Assembly (NCBI GenBank): GCA_023380585.1
Contig: JAMCRN010000014.1
Location: 1-44,685 of the forward strand
Length of the DNA stretch: 44,685 bases
Reading direction: 5' to 3'
Source of the DNA: Candidatus Parvarchaeota archaeon
GTDB lineage: Archaea; Nanobdellota; Nanobdellia; Parvarchaeales; Parvarchaeaceae
The position numbers were made by a program, and so were the translations under genes. Positions 9,573 through 18,615 of this stretch are shown in pieces; position 1 is the first letter of the stretch; every line of letters starts with the position of its first letter. The notes under the pieces were generated by a model. That model had not been told where the DNA came from, did no database searches, and worked only from the letters and a program-made list of their open reading frames with translations.

Positions 9573-10690
9573 AAGAACGAGAGGTCATAAGCATACATTA
9601 CAATGAGATAGCTCTCAAAGGGAAACTAAGGTCAAAATTCGAGTCCTTGCTTATAAAGAACATAGAATATTCCACTGGGATAAGACCGGATAGGCTGCAG
9701 ACGAGGCTCCTGCTTGAAAGCGGGGGAGAAGGGGTCAAAAGGCTTCTGCTCCTTACACCTGGTGTGTCCTGGATCAGCGACGGAAAAATAATCCCAAGGG
9801 ATTTCGATCTGCTGCATGATAACCTACGTGAGATCATATCGAAAGAAGGCAGCGATATAAGCCTGGATGTAAAAAGGATAGATAAGAGTTTCCAGCTTAC
9901 ATCGCTCGATGTTAAGTTGAGACTGGCAAAGGAATTCGGACTTGCCCTGCATTCCGGCAGAAAAAAGCTAAGGATAGAGATAATGAAGGACTCTTTCATA
10001 ATAAACCATTCTGTAGAACACGGTGTCGGCGGATTGCCAGTAGGCAGCGCAGGAAAGGTAATATCTTTGTTTTCGGGAGGGATAGACTCTTCAGTAGCTC
10101 CATTCGAAATGATGAAAAGAGGGTGCAGCGTTGACCTACTGCATGTATACGCTGCAAAGGATGGAGAAAAAGCAATAGACAGCAAAGTAGGGAGGATAGC
10201 CCAACGCATATCAGATGTCTACCCAATTAAGCTATATTTCGTTCCTTTCTACATATTCAGCATGAAAATACTCTCTATAAACCCAAGATATGAACTTGTC
10301 ATGTTCAAAAGGTTCTTGCTGAAATTGGCAGAAAACTTATCAGAAGCACAGGGTTATAAGGGCATCGCGACAGGCGATTCTATATCGCAGGTGGCATCCC
10401 AGACTTTGGATAATATAAATGCGATAAGTTATGGTTTTTCGATCCCTATATTCAGGCCTTTGCTGTCAAACAACAAAGATGAGATAATAAACAAGGCCAA
10501 GTTTTACGGCACGTACGAAGACGCTATTACGCGATATAAGGATTGCTGTTCGATAGTCTCCAAAAACCCGGCTACTTCTGTCAAGCAGGAAAAGGTAAAG
10601 GAACTTGAAGAGATCATAGGACTTGATGAGATCGTGGATAAGACTATGGATATGATGTCGGTCAGAATGTTCGAAAAAAAGACTAGATAG
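9569..10690 (+). CDS. thiI: tRNA 4-thiouridine synthase ThiI
   Basis: Y.EIALKG..R..FE, GGLP.G..GK, PP-loop SGGIDS, TGDS..QVASQTL.N, RPL, DCC. ATGA overlap with archease. Confidence 0.93.
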   Translation: MKEREVISIHYNEIALKGKLRSKFESLLIKNIEYSTGIRPDRLQTRLLLESGGEGVKRLLLLTPGVSWISDGKIIPRDFDLLHDNLREIISKEGSDISLDVKRIDKSFQLTSLDVKLRLAKEFGLALHSGRKKLRIEIMKDSFIINHSVEHGVGGLPVGSAGKVISLFSGGIDSSVAPFEMMKRGCSVDLLHVYAAKDGEKAIDSKVGRIAQRISDVYPIKLYFVPFYIFSMKILSINPRYELVMFKRFLLKLAENLSEAQGYKGIATGDSISQVASQTLDNINAISYGFSIPIFRPLLSNNKDEIINKAKFYGTYEDAITRYKDCCSIVSKNPATSVKQEKVKELEEIIGLDEIVDKTMDMMSVRMFEKKTR

Positions 10691-11510
10691 ACCCTGTAGA
10701 ATTATTCATCCTTGAATAGTTGAACATGAACAACTGCGCATAACCAGAATACTGCCCGAAATAATCCCTCATTATCTTGTTTTTGTTTTTGTAGCTTTTT
10801 GCATTGCCGATTATCTTATAGTAGTATTTTGCTATTGTCCTCTGTATCCAGACGTCCATAGGAAAACTAGACAGTTCATGCAGACCGTAAAGCGTTATAC
10901 AATCCAATACTTTTGGCCCGACACCGTCTATCGAAAGCAGGTGTTTCTTTATCTCCTCTAAATCCATACCTTCGTTTATTTCATGTGAATAAAAGTACCT
11001 AGCCGCAGAAAAGACAAATTTCGTCCTGAACCCCAATTTGAACTGTTTAAGGGAGTCATAGCCTCTTTCATATATCCTATCATATTTGGGGAACTGACTC
11101 AGTTCTATACCTGATATGTCTTTCTTTTCACCATAGTATTCAGACATGAGTCTTATTCTCCTTGTTATAAGAGGTATATTTGACTGTATAGAGAGGATGA
11201 ACCCGAGAGTCGACGCCCACAGACCATCTTTTACTATCCTAAGACCTAATGAATAATTTATGGCCTGGTCTATGAATTCATCCTTATTTATTTCTGATTT
11301 TATTCTTTCTATGTCATCGTTAAGACCTAGCATGTCTTTTACCATGTTTTCGGTTGAGCCAGAAAATTCCAACGAGGAATCTGTCTTCTGTGTCACTTTT
11401 ATAGGCCTATCGAAAAATGACACCCATGAATCTCCTACCTTTTTCCACCCAAACGTCTGGCCCGATGAAAGGGTCTTATCCAGCGAAAAATCGTTTACCT
11501 TCACTTTCAT
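10683..11510 (-). CDS. ogg1: 8-oxoguanine DNA glycosylase/AP lyase, OGG1 type
   Basis: L..TL.SGQ.F.W N-terminal domain; HhH-GPD GVGPKV.DC..LYG....FP.DVW; G.Y.GYAQ. Confidence 0.88.
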   Translation of the reverse strand: MKVKVNDFSLDKTLSSGQTFGWKKVGDSWVSFFDRPIKVTQKTDSSLEFSGSTENMVKDMLGLNDDIERIKSEINKDEFIDQAINYSLGLRIVKDGLWASTLGFILSIQSNIPLITRRIRLMSEYYGEKKDISGIELSQFPKYDRIYERGYDSLKQFKLGFRTKFVFSAARYFYSHEINEGMDLEEIKKHLLSIDGVGPKVLDCITLYGLHELSSFPMDVWIQRTIAKYYYKIIGNAKSYKNKNKIMRDYFGQYSGYAQLFMFNYSRMNNSTGSI

Positions 11511-11567
11511 AAAGATAATATAAGAAATGCGATGTTTTTAATATGTTTGGTAACGTGTTTAATATAT

Positions 11568-11651
11568 GCTGGGTTAGCCAAGCGGTTACGGCGCCGGCCT
11601 TGAGAGCCGGTTGGCTTCACGCCTTCGCAGGTTCGAATCCTGCACCCAGCG
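11568..11651 (+). tRNA. tRNA-Ser(TGA)
   Basis: GCTGGGT/ACCCAGC-G73; CCGGC-CT-TGA-GA-GCCGG; long variable arm; GCAGG-TTCGAAT-CCTGC. Confidence 0.96.
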
Positions 11652-11687
11652 GGTTTTAACGGTTACATTTTTTCTTTAAAATGAGAA

Positions 11688-12680
11688 TTAAGACAGGTAT
11701 GCTGGGTGGACCCAAAACTGTGTCATTCCGCTGCCTCCACCCATATTATTCCAAGCTATTGCGACTAAATAAAGGCCGGGACTAACACTGTATCTAGCGT
11801 TATAATATGTCGCGCCTTGACCATGCCAAGCGGAGCCGCCGAAAACACTCGTCCAAGAGCCGCCACCAACTGGTCTAAAAAATACCTCCATAGCATCATC
11901 AGTAGTTATATTGAAATTCACTGTATTGCTTACAAAATCATAAACGCCTATTACAGTACTGCCGACCTGCTCTGATGATCCTCCGCAGCCAGTTGGAGAC
12001 CCAAGATTCAATTGCTTTAGATCCGTCGGATAATATCCAACAATGAACCCATTGTAGTTGTTCCCATAATATCCACCGCTACCATACGCGTATCCGTTAC
12101 CAGTCGAATTCGCCGCTGGTAAAAACCCTTGGGCTATTGTAGCAGCTATGTCCTGTGCTATTAAAGGATCAGTAGAAACAGCAGAGTAAGGCTGACAGTT
12201 ACTTATATTCCAACCAGTTATGAACAACTGGTCACTTGTAGCGGTCCCATAAGCGCTTCCAGAAGAGACATAAGGTCCTGGAAGGGGAGATCCGAGTTCC
12301 TTATAAGTAACCACCAATCTATATGAGAAGTGAGAACCAGCTGGAGGACAAAGTACCGGTACATAAAAAGAATACACTTCGGAAGGGCTTATAGTTATAT
12401 TCGGCATAGTTTCCGAAATCGAGGAAACGTTTATCTGGGTTATATTTATAGGATACTGTAGAGAGTCTCCCAAAGTTAATATCAGTCCTCCTCCACCGGT
12501 GCAATCTGCTCCGACGGAGCCTAGACCATAAAAACCTGTAACTGCTCCTGATATTGAAGATGAAGGACTGAATATTCCAAAAGAGTAAAGGACTGCGGCT
12601 ACGATGACTATGATCAGGATAGCCCAGCCATAGGTCATCATGTACTCTAAGGCTGACTGGGATTTGTGCGTCAGACTCAT
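11688..12680 (-). CDS. Class III signal (type IV pilin-like) surface protein with probable PA14-like C-terminal domain
   Basis: K-S|Q-S-A-L-E(+5)-YMMTYGWAILII hydrophobic helix. The C-terminal F.ITTDDAMEVF...GLY.VAIAW.N resembles the PA14 di-aspartate motif. Confidence 0.8.
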   Translation of the reverse strand: MSLTHKSQSALEYMMTYGWAILIIVIVAAVLYSFGIFSPSSSISGAVTGFYGLGSVGADCTGGGGLILTLGDSLQYPINITQINVSSISETMPNITISPSEVYSFYVPVLCPPAGSHFSYRLVVTYKELGSPLPGPYVSSGSAYGTATSDQLFITGWNISNCQPYSAVSTDPLIAQDIAATIAQGFLPAANSTGNGYAYGSGGYYGNNYNGFIVGYYPTDLKQLNLGSPTGCGGSSEQVGSTVIGVYDFVSNTVNFNITTDDAMEVFFRPVGGGSWTSVFGGSAWHGQGATYYNARYSVSPGLYLVAIAWNNMGGGSGMTQFWVHPAYLS

Positions 12681-12909
12681 ATAATAGAGAGATAGAGAGT
12701 ATATAAATAGTTTTTAAGGAAAATGTGGCCGAAAGTCAAATCTGATAGTTTCTATGTATAAATAGGACGGGAAAACAAAGGAGCTGATAATGGCCGGTGT
12801 AGACATGTCCATCACATCTAAAATTTATATTTATCATGAAATATGGTTGTAGCACCAGATCAGATTACGTGTCCTCCTTTATTAGATAAACAGAAGAAAA
12901 TATTGCCAG

Positions 12910-13230
12910 CTAAAATCGTCTTATTATGCTTTTGGAAGAGACCTTTGACTTACTTAATTTGATTCCTTCTGAGATCAGCTTCTTCTTTTTTCGAAGGCTC
13001 GTCTTTGCGTTATTTTTACCATCAAAGGTATAGCCGCCTATGCTTCCGTTTGAACGCACTACTTTATAGCAAGGATACTCATCAGGGTGGTTGTTCTTGC
13101 TTAATATATAGCCGACGTACCTTGGGTTTATTCCTAGCTTTTTTGCAATAGCACCATAAGTAGTGACCTTTCCTTTTGGTATCCTCTTCAGTATCCTGTA
13201 AACTTTATAGTAATTATCATCCTCCATCAA
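12910..13230 (-). CDS. O6-alkylguanine-DNA alkyltransferase (MGMT/Ogt), single domain
   Basis: IP.GKVTTYGAIA, PR.VG, PCYKVV (variant of PCHRV), IGGY, K..L..EG. Confidence 0.85.
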   Translation of the reverse strand: MMEDDNYYKVYRILKRIPKGKVTTYGAIAKKLGINPRYVGYILSKNNHPDEYPCYKVVRSNGSIGGYTFDGKNNAKTSLRKKKKLISEGIKLSKSKVSSKSIIRRF

Positions 13231-13912
13231 ACCCTATCATCTCCATTATTTTCTCCTCGGGCATGATTTCTATCTTTCCGAGTTTCTGGAACCACTGGTT
13301 TATGTTCTTTATATCTCTTAGAAGATAGTCCTTTGTAAGGCTTGCCAATTTAAGAGACTGGGAAAAGTCTATAAGATATGGCTCCCCTTCGTTATTAAGT
13401 ATATTATATGGGCTTAGGTCCCCGTGTATCATGCCTACTTTCCCCATTTTTATTATGAAGTCCGTTATCTTATCATACCAGTATCCAGTATCGAAGTCCG
13501 TGTCTTTGTAGGCCATCATTGCCGGCACTCCGTCCTTTCCTATAAAGCTCATTACCATTATATTTTTATAATTCCGTATCGGTTCCGGAGTATTAACGCC
13601 TGCTTCGTTGGCCTTGCGCAAAAGCGAAAATTCGTATCTTGTCCACTCATCTATTCTCTTGAAAAATCCACCAGTCTTGGAGCCTCTAAGTCCAAGATAA
13701 GACGGTATCCCCTTGAAAGCGTTTATGTAGTGCCTGTGTACTTTGACCGCCACTTCTCTGTTGTGGGAATCCTGACTGTAGAAGACATATGATTCTTTTC
13801 CTGACCCTAATACGCCGGAAAGCTCTCCTATATAGCCGTCGCTTCGTAATTTCAATATGGACCTGCTCGTATCCGCATCGAATACGTGAGATAAGGTCTT
13901 ACTTTTTGGCAT
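13217..13912 (-). CDS. RIO1-family serine kinase/ATPase
   Basis: GSGKES.VF, VAVKV, W...EF..L, IHGDLS.YNIL, IDFSQ. Confidence 0.92.
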   Translation of the reverse strand: MPKSKTLSHVFDADTSRSILKLRSDGYIGELSGVLGSGKESYVFYSQDSHNREVAVKVHRHYINAFKGIPSYLGLRGSKTGGFFKRIDEWTRYEFSLLRKANEAGVNTPEPIRNYKNIMVMSFIGKDGVPAMMAYKDTDFDTGYWYDKITDFIIKMGKVGMIHGDLSPYNILNNEGEPYLIDFSQSLKLASLTKDYLLRDIKNINQWFQKLGKIEIMPEEKIMEMIGFDGG

Positions 13913-15824
13913 AAGGCTTTTTAAGCGCTCTGTTTATCGTGGAGATGAGCTTGTTCCTGTTGTATGACGGCACCATGGCGTTTTTAACGACATCTACTAT
14001 GTTGTCTGCGGTTATTACCTTTATCCCCCTTGGTATAGGTATGGCGATGTCGTCCTTATTCGAAGATGGTATTATTATCCCTTTGACCCCTGCATTTATG
14101 GCCGCCTCTATCTTGGAATTCACTCCGCCTACCGGCAGAACTTCCCCAAGAATCGACAAAGAACCTGTCATCGCGAATGATTGCTTTATTGGTATCCCAG
14201 TCAAAGCTGACAGTATGCTTATAGCGACGCTTATGCTTGCGCTGTCCCCTTCCACGCCGGAATAGGCCTGCAGAAACTGTAAATGTATGTCATAGTCCGT
14301 CAAAGGTTTTTTAGAGTACAGCTTTATGACAGCAGAAACGTTCTTGACGGCTTCCTGAGCTATCTCCCCTAGTTTTCCAGTCGCGATTATCTCGCCGCTG
14401 CCCTTTCGCATGCTCTTAGTTACTATGGACTCTATAGGCAGCATCATCCCTGAATCGGAGTTCTCTATCACGGCAAGGCCGTTGACTCTGCCTACCCTGG
14501 AACCTGTGACCTGTATCACGTCATAATCCTTTTTCTCCTTTATGTATTTAGCGGCTATCTGCTGCTCGAACGACTTGGCGTATCTCTTTGCTTTCCTAAC
14601 GTCTTCCGCAGTCACTATAGTGTGTTTGTTTTCTATGGCAAGATCTCCTGCGACCCTTACTATTCCGCCCAATTCCCTAAGTTTTAATGTAAGGGATTTT
14701 TTCCTGTCAGACTTCCTTCTTGCCTCAGAGACTATCTCTTCTGCTGCTTCCTTTGAAAATGGCGGTATCTTCTTGTCTTTCCTGACTTCCTGCGCTATGA
14801 ACCTCGCGATCTTGTCCCTATTCTCTATAGTATCAGGCATTGTCGTGTTCATATAAACTTCGTAACCATACCCCCTTATCCTTGATCTAAGCGCAGGGCT
14901 CATATTAGACACAGAATTAGGGTTCCCGGCTCCAACCAAAACGAAGTCGCAGGGGGCAAGAGTGGTCTTGACCATCGCGCCGGCGCTTCTCTCGCTTCTC
15001 CCGGTTATGCTGGCCTTCTTTTCCTGCATCGATGTAAGTAATTGTATCTGCATTTCCTGCGACAAGTTTGCTATCTCATCGATGAACAGCACGCCACCGT
15101 TTGCTTTATGTATATCCCCTACCATGACTCTCTCATGCGGTGGAGTGCCTAGACCTCCAGACTGGAAAGGATCATGCTGTACGTCGCCTAAAAGCGCGCC
15201 TTCATGCGCGCCTGTCGCGTCTATAAACGGGGCCTTCTTAAGAGACGAATTATCTAAAAGAAGCTTTGGCGCAGAGACGGTAAGCCTTGTTTTGCTAAGG
15301 CGATACATTACTATGACCAGCAAGAAACCTATAAGCATAGCTATTATGAAGAGAGTGCCAGATATCTGATCCGCTGCAGCAAGAACTGAGTTCTTCTGCA
15401 TAGACACAAATGAGCTTACTATGTAACTTGCTATAAAAAATGCTACTATTATACCGAGGAATATGAGCATGCTGTTGCCGCCGTTTAAAGACGACATGTT
15501 CTTTGCTTTTGCCTGGGCGACTATCTTTTTTCCTTCTCCAGCAGGCACGGTCTTTATTATAGGCTCGTTCTCGTCCTTTGGGTTGGGGAAAGCGAGTATA
15601 TCCATGAGTTTTTCTAATGGCAATAACTCAGACAATGCTATCCCTAGCATGCTCTTTCCGGTGCCTGGCTCTCCTATCAGCATCACGTTTCTTCTCTGTA
15701 TTGCCGCTTTTTTTATTACGTCTACGGCTTCTTCCTGGCCAATCACCTGATCCACTACACGAGTAGGCATCTTTATATCGTCAGTCGTCTTGAACTGTAT
15801 ACTGAAAGTCCTTTCGTCCCCCAT
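13899..15824 (-). CDS. lonB: Archaeal membrane-bound ATP-dependent protease LonB
   Basis: Walker A GEPGTGKS, two TM helices inserted in the AAA+ domain, DPFQSGG, LFIDE, catalytic EGDSAS and Lys in GGV..KIEAA. Confidence 0.96.
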   Translation of the reverse strand: MGDERTFSIQFKTTDDIKMPTRVVDQVIGQEEAVDVIKKAAIQRRNVMLIGEPGTGKSMLGIALSELLPLEKLMDILAFPNPKDENEPIIKTVPAGEGKKIVAQAKAKNMSSLNGGNSMLIFLGIIVAFFIASYIVSSFVSMQKNSVLAAADQISGTLFIIAMLIGFLLVIVMYRLSKTRLTVSAPKLLLDNSSLKKAPFIDATGAHEGALLGDVQHDPFQSGGLGTPPHERVMVGDIHKANGGVLFIDEIANLSQEMQIQLLTSMQEKKASITGRSERSAGAMVKTTLAPCDFVLVGAGNPNSVSNMSPALRSRIRGYGYEVYMNTTMPDTIENRDKIARFIAQEVRKDKKIPPFSKEAAEEIVSEARRKSDRKKSLTLKLRELGGIVRVAGDLAIENKHTIVTAEDVRKAKRYAKSFEQQIAAKYIKEKKDYDVIQVTGSRVGRVNGLAVIENSDSGMMLPIESIVTKSMRKGSGEIIATGKLGEIAQEAVKNVSAVIKLYSKKPLTDYDIHLQFLQAYSGVEGDSASISVAISILSALTGIPIKQSFAMTGSLSILGEVLPVGGVNSKIEAAINAGVKGIIIPSSNKDDIAIPIPRGIKVITADNIVDVVKNAMVPSYNRNKLISTINRALKKPYAKK

Positions 15825-15880
15825 AAAAAACCACTGTTCATTTTATTATATAAAAGCATTATAAGATAGACACGCTGTCC

Positions 15881-16159
15881 CTACTGCTGCTCAGGTTCTT
15901 CCAGCTCTGATTGCGATGAGACTATACTTGATATTATGAATATGTCGTCTATAGCCCTCACTAGATTATGCTGTATTATTGCTCCCTTTGCACCCTTTAT
16001 TATCTTTGAAAGGTTGGATGATGATGCGGCTTTTATACGCCATCCTATCACGCGATTGTCCTGTATTATAGCCTCATCAACATCTCCAAAATAGGACCCT
16101 GCGTCTGTGAATACTTTCAATCCAAATGTATCGGTTATATTCTTTAGTTTTAATGCCAT
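15881..16159 (-). CDS. PRC-barrel domain protein
   Basis: GLKVFTD.G.YFG.V.E....; V.AIDDIFII. Confidence 0.75.
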   Translation of the reverse strand: MALKLKNITDTFGLKVFTDAGSYFGDVDEAIIQDNRVIGWRIKAASSSNLSKIIKGAKGAIIQHNLVRAIDDIFIISSIVSSQSELEEPEQQ

Positions 16160-16278
16160 ATTAGAGATTATACTTCTATATTTAAATAGTTAACATACTC
16201 AAACACTGTTATAAACCTTTCTCTCTAGATTTTTAGATGGCAGGTAGTATTAAATATTAGTTAGTATCAGGATAAAAT

Positions 16279-16773
16279 ATGGGAAGCGACGTAGAGGACG
16301 CGAAAAACCTATTAAAGAAGAAATTGGCTAGTATCCTTTCCAATACTGATAAGGTGTTGCATGACGTCAATGATATAATAATATCTGCTTCTGTAAAAAT
16401 TGACGAGGACGTGGAAGTACCATCCAAAACCTATTCTTCTTCATATATAACCACGCTTAAGACGGTGGAAAAAAAGGACAGAAACGGCTTTGTTATGCCG
16501 TGCATAAGATACCTGGATTCTGTGTCTGTAAAGACGAAAGAAGGAGCAGCGTCTGTGCTGACCCAGATATACAGTATACTCGATGGCAACGTATATATAG
16601 TGGATCTGAAAAAAGACGAAGTCAATGCGATGGAAGGGCTTAACATCGACAATAAGGGGATATACCACGCACTGAAGAAGTATGACAATGCGCGAAAAAA
16701 CTGTTCAATAGTGTATTCATTGGCAAATACAGTGTTCGGATACGATGAGAAATACAATCACACTTATGTATAG
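16279..16773 (+). CDS. Hypothetical protein (164 aa)
   Basis: Longest ORF in the gap, with an AT-rich upstream region; no family recognised. Confidence 0.6.
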   Translation: MGSDVEDAKNLLKKKLASILSNTDKVLHDVNDIIISASVKIDEDVEVPSKTYSSSYITTLKTVEKKDRNGFVMPCIRYLDSVSVKTKEGAASVLTQIYSILDGNVYIVDLKKDEVNAMEGLNIDNKGIYHALKKYDNARKNCSIVYSLANTVFGYDEKYNHTYV

Positions 16774-16777
16774 GCCG

Positions 16778-17212
16778 CTATATCTTTATCTCTTTCCATT
16801 CCACTCTTTTTGATTGTATCGCATCCTTTACTTTTTTCTCCGGCTTGCTCAAAGACGAATCGCCGGTCTTAAGTTCTACAAATTTTACAGTTACTGCCTT
16901 GTCATTGCCCTCTCTTGCCTCTGAAAGACCGTCAAAGACTATATAGTCTACCGGGTTTCCTAAAAACCTGAAATCTGAAAGGTTTCCTACATCGTTCTGC
17001 AGTATTGGAAAGATTTGTTCGCCTATCTTTCCTTTTATTACCGCCCTTTGCGATGAAAGCGCATGCGCTATTTCTTTTGGCAGTTCCTTTTCTTTCCATT
17101 TAATAAATTCGTTTTCAGCCATCTGTCTTGAAAGCATTCTGAAAAGGACATAAGAGACTACAGCTGCGACGCCGATCCCGAATATCAATCCGTATACAAA
17201 GCTGGAAACCAT
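16778..17212 (-). CDS. Membrane-anchored Holliday-junction-resolvase-like PD-(D/E)xK endonuclease
   Basis: N-terminal TM; RAVIKGKIGEQ..P, RFLG.PVDYIVFDG, FVELKTG...L...E. Confidence 0.85.
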   Translation of the reverse strand: MVSSFVYGLIFGIGVAAVVSYVLFRMLSRQMAENEFIKWKEKELPKEIAHALSSQRAVIKGKIGEQIFPILQNDVGNLSDFRFLGNPVDYIVFDGLSEAREGNDKAVTVKFVELKTGDSSLSKPEKKVKDAIQSKRVEWKEIKI

Positions 17213-17279
17213 GTCAAGACTGAAACTTCCTTTATATATAGTGTTTTTTCCTCCATATATTTATCCATTTAAGCCGCGT

Positions 17280-17352
17280 TGTCGGGGGGGAGATTTGAAC
17301 TCCCGACCTCTGCCTCATGAGGGCAGCGTACTGACCGCTGTACTACCCCGAC
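17280..17352 (-). tRNA. tRNA with CAT anticodon, probably elongator tRNA-Met
   Basis: GTCGGGG/CCCCGAC-A; GTAC D-stem; CTGCC-CT-CAT-GA-GGCAG; GGGAG-TTCAAAT-CTCCC. Lacks initiator hallmarks (A1-U72, GGG/CCC). Confidence 0.9.
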
Positions 17353-17353
17353 G

Positions 17354-17851
17354 CTATTTCTTATAGCCAATATCCCTTAGAAGTTTATACCTTTTCCTTT
17401 TGTCTTCGTCTTTTTCTACGCCCAAAGGTTTCTTTCCGTCTATTACTCCCAGCACTGCCCTGCCTCCATCTCCATCGTCGTAAACTAAGACCGTCACTGG
17501 GTTCGCGCTTGCTGCGTATATCTTGGCTACTTCATCGACTCTCTTTATCCTGTCCAGCACGTTTATAGGATACGCATTCTCTATCAATATCACAAGAAGA
17601 TGACCGCTGCCTATCTTCATTGCTATATCTATGCTGTCCTTTGTCAACCTTGAATCGTTCCCATCGTGCCTTATCAGCCTGTCACCAGATGCTTCATTGA
17701 AGGCTATGCCGAACTTTATAGATGGAGAAGACGATATCAAAGTCTCGTATACGTCTTCCACCGTCTTTATGAAGTGGGACTGACAAAGTATTATGTTCCT
17801 TCCCTTAAGGTCTATCCTTACTTTCTCTATACTGAATTTGTCTTGTGCCAT
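17354..17851 (-). CDS. Adenosine-specific kinase / AMP-binding protein family (DUF355-like)
   Basis: QSHFIKTVED.YE.L, KFGIAFNEASG.RL.R.DGND, A.ANP, GVIDG..P.GVE, LLR.IGYK. GGAGGTGA SD favours ATG 17851. Confidence 0.88.
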   Translation of the reverse strand: MAQDKFSIEKVRIDLKGRNIILCQSHFIKTVEDVYETLISSSPSIKFGIAFNEASGDRLIRHDGNDSRLTKDSIDIAMKIGSGHLLVILIENAYPINVLDRIKRVDEVAKIYAASANPVTVLVYDDGDGGRAVLGVIDGKKPLGVEKDEDKRKRYKLLRDIGYKK

Positions 17852-17864
17852 ATAAGTCACCTCC

Positions 17865-18615
17865 TCATGTCGTTACGCAAGGAACTCTGACCCCAGTGAA
17901 TTTTATGCTCTGAGTGCCGCCGGCAGTCAAAGACCCTGAAGATGGAGACGGTCTGTATTCTGTAGTATCTGTCTGTCCTGAAGAACATGAAAGTAATACA
18001 ATGGGGACACTGAAACTATGTGTGCCTGCAGGGATGCTGGAGAAAGATATAGTGGAAGACGTAGAAGAGTGGGTTTGGAAATCATAGGTAACTGTCCAGC
18101 TATGACCACTTGGAACACCTGTTTCCTTGAAATATGACGTGCATGAGCCTGACCCGCTGAAACTTATCTTCTGTGTGGACCCTGTGCTTAAAGACCCTGA
18201 AGAAGGGGAAGGAGAGTATTTGCATCCTCCTTCTGACACCACAGGGACCAAGAAGCTGTATGTACCTTGTGGTTCTAAAAAGGTTATAGTCCCAGATAAG
18301 GAAGTCTTTTTGACTCCGTCATATGTCACACTCCACTGTGTGTTCAGAATGCCGGATTCGGAGAATACTGCAGAACAATCAGATGAGGCTGAAAATGCTA
18401 TATTTTGAGTGCCGCCGGCAGTCAAAGACCCTGAAGCCGGCGAAGCCACATAACATGTCCCAGAGACTACAAAGCCGGTAGGGACAGAGAATGAATAGCT
18501 GCCGGCAGGGGATTCAACGGTTATAGTAGAAGTGGAAGACAAATTTAATATAGAATCGTAAGTAACGTTCCACTGAGTGCCGGCAGGCAGGCCAGATTCT
18601 GTGAATGTAGTGACA
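17865..18615 (-). repeat. Three ~80-aa tandem repeats, including a perfect 31-bp direct repeat (17911-17941 = 18406-18436)
   Basis: Repeats begin TFTESGLPAGTQWNVTYD, VFSESGILNTQWSVTYD and YFKETGVPSGHSWTVTYD, and each ends SP.SGSL..G.TQ.I.F. TGAGTGCCGCCGGCAGTCAAAGACCCTGAAG occurs twice. Confidence 0.92.

Noticed and set aside
12681-12909. 229-nt intergenic gap as a possible ncRNA or gene remnant
   Set aside because: No C/D boxes, convincing hairpin or recognisable peptide found. Partly explained by the pilin promoter.
17911-18436. 31-bp direct repeat as a CRISPR repeat or att site
   Set aside because: Only two exact copies, 495 bp apart and in frame within protein repeats. No spacers or cas genes.
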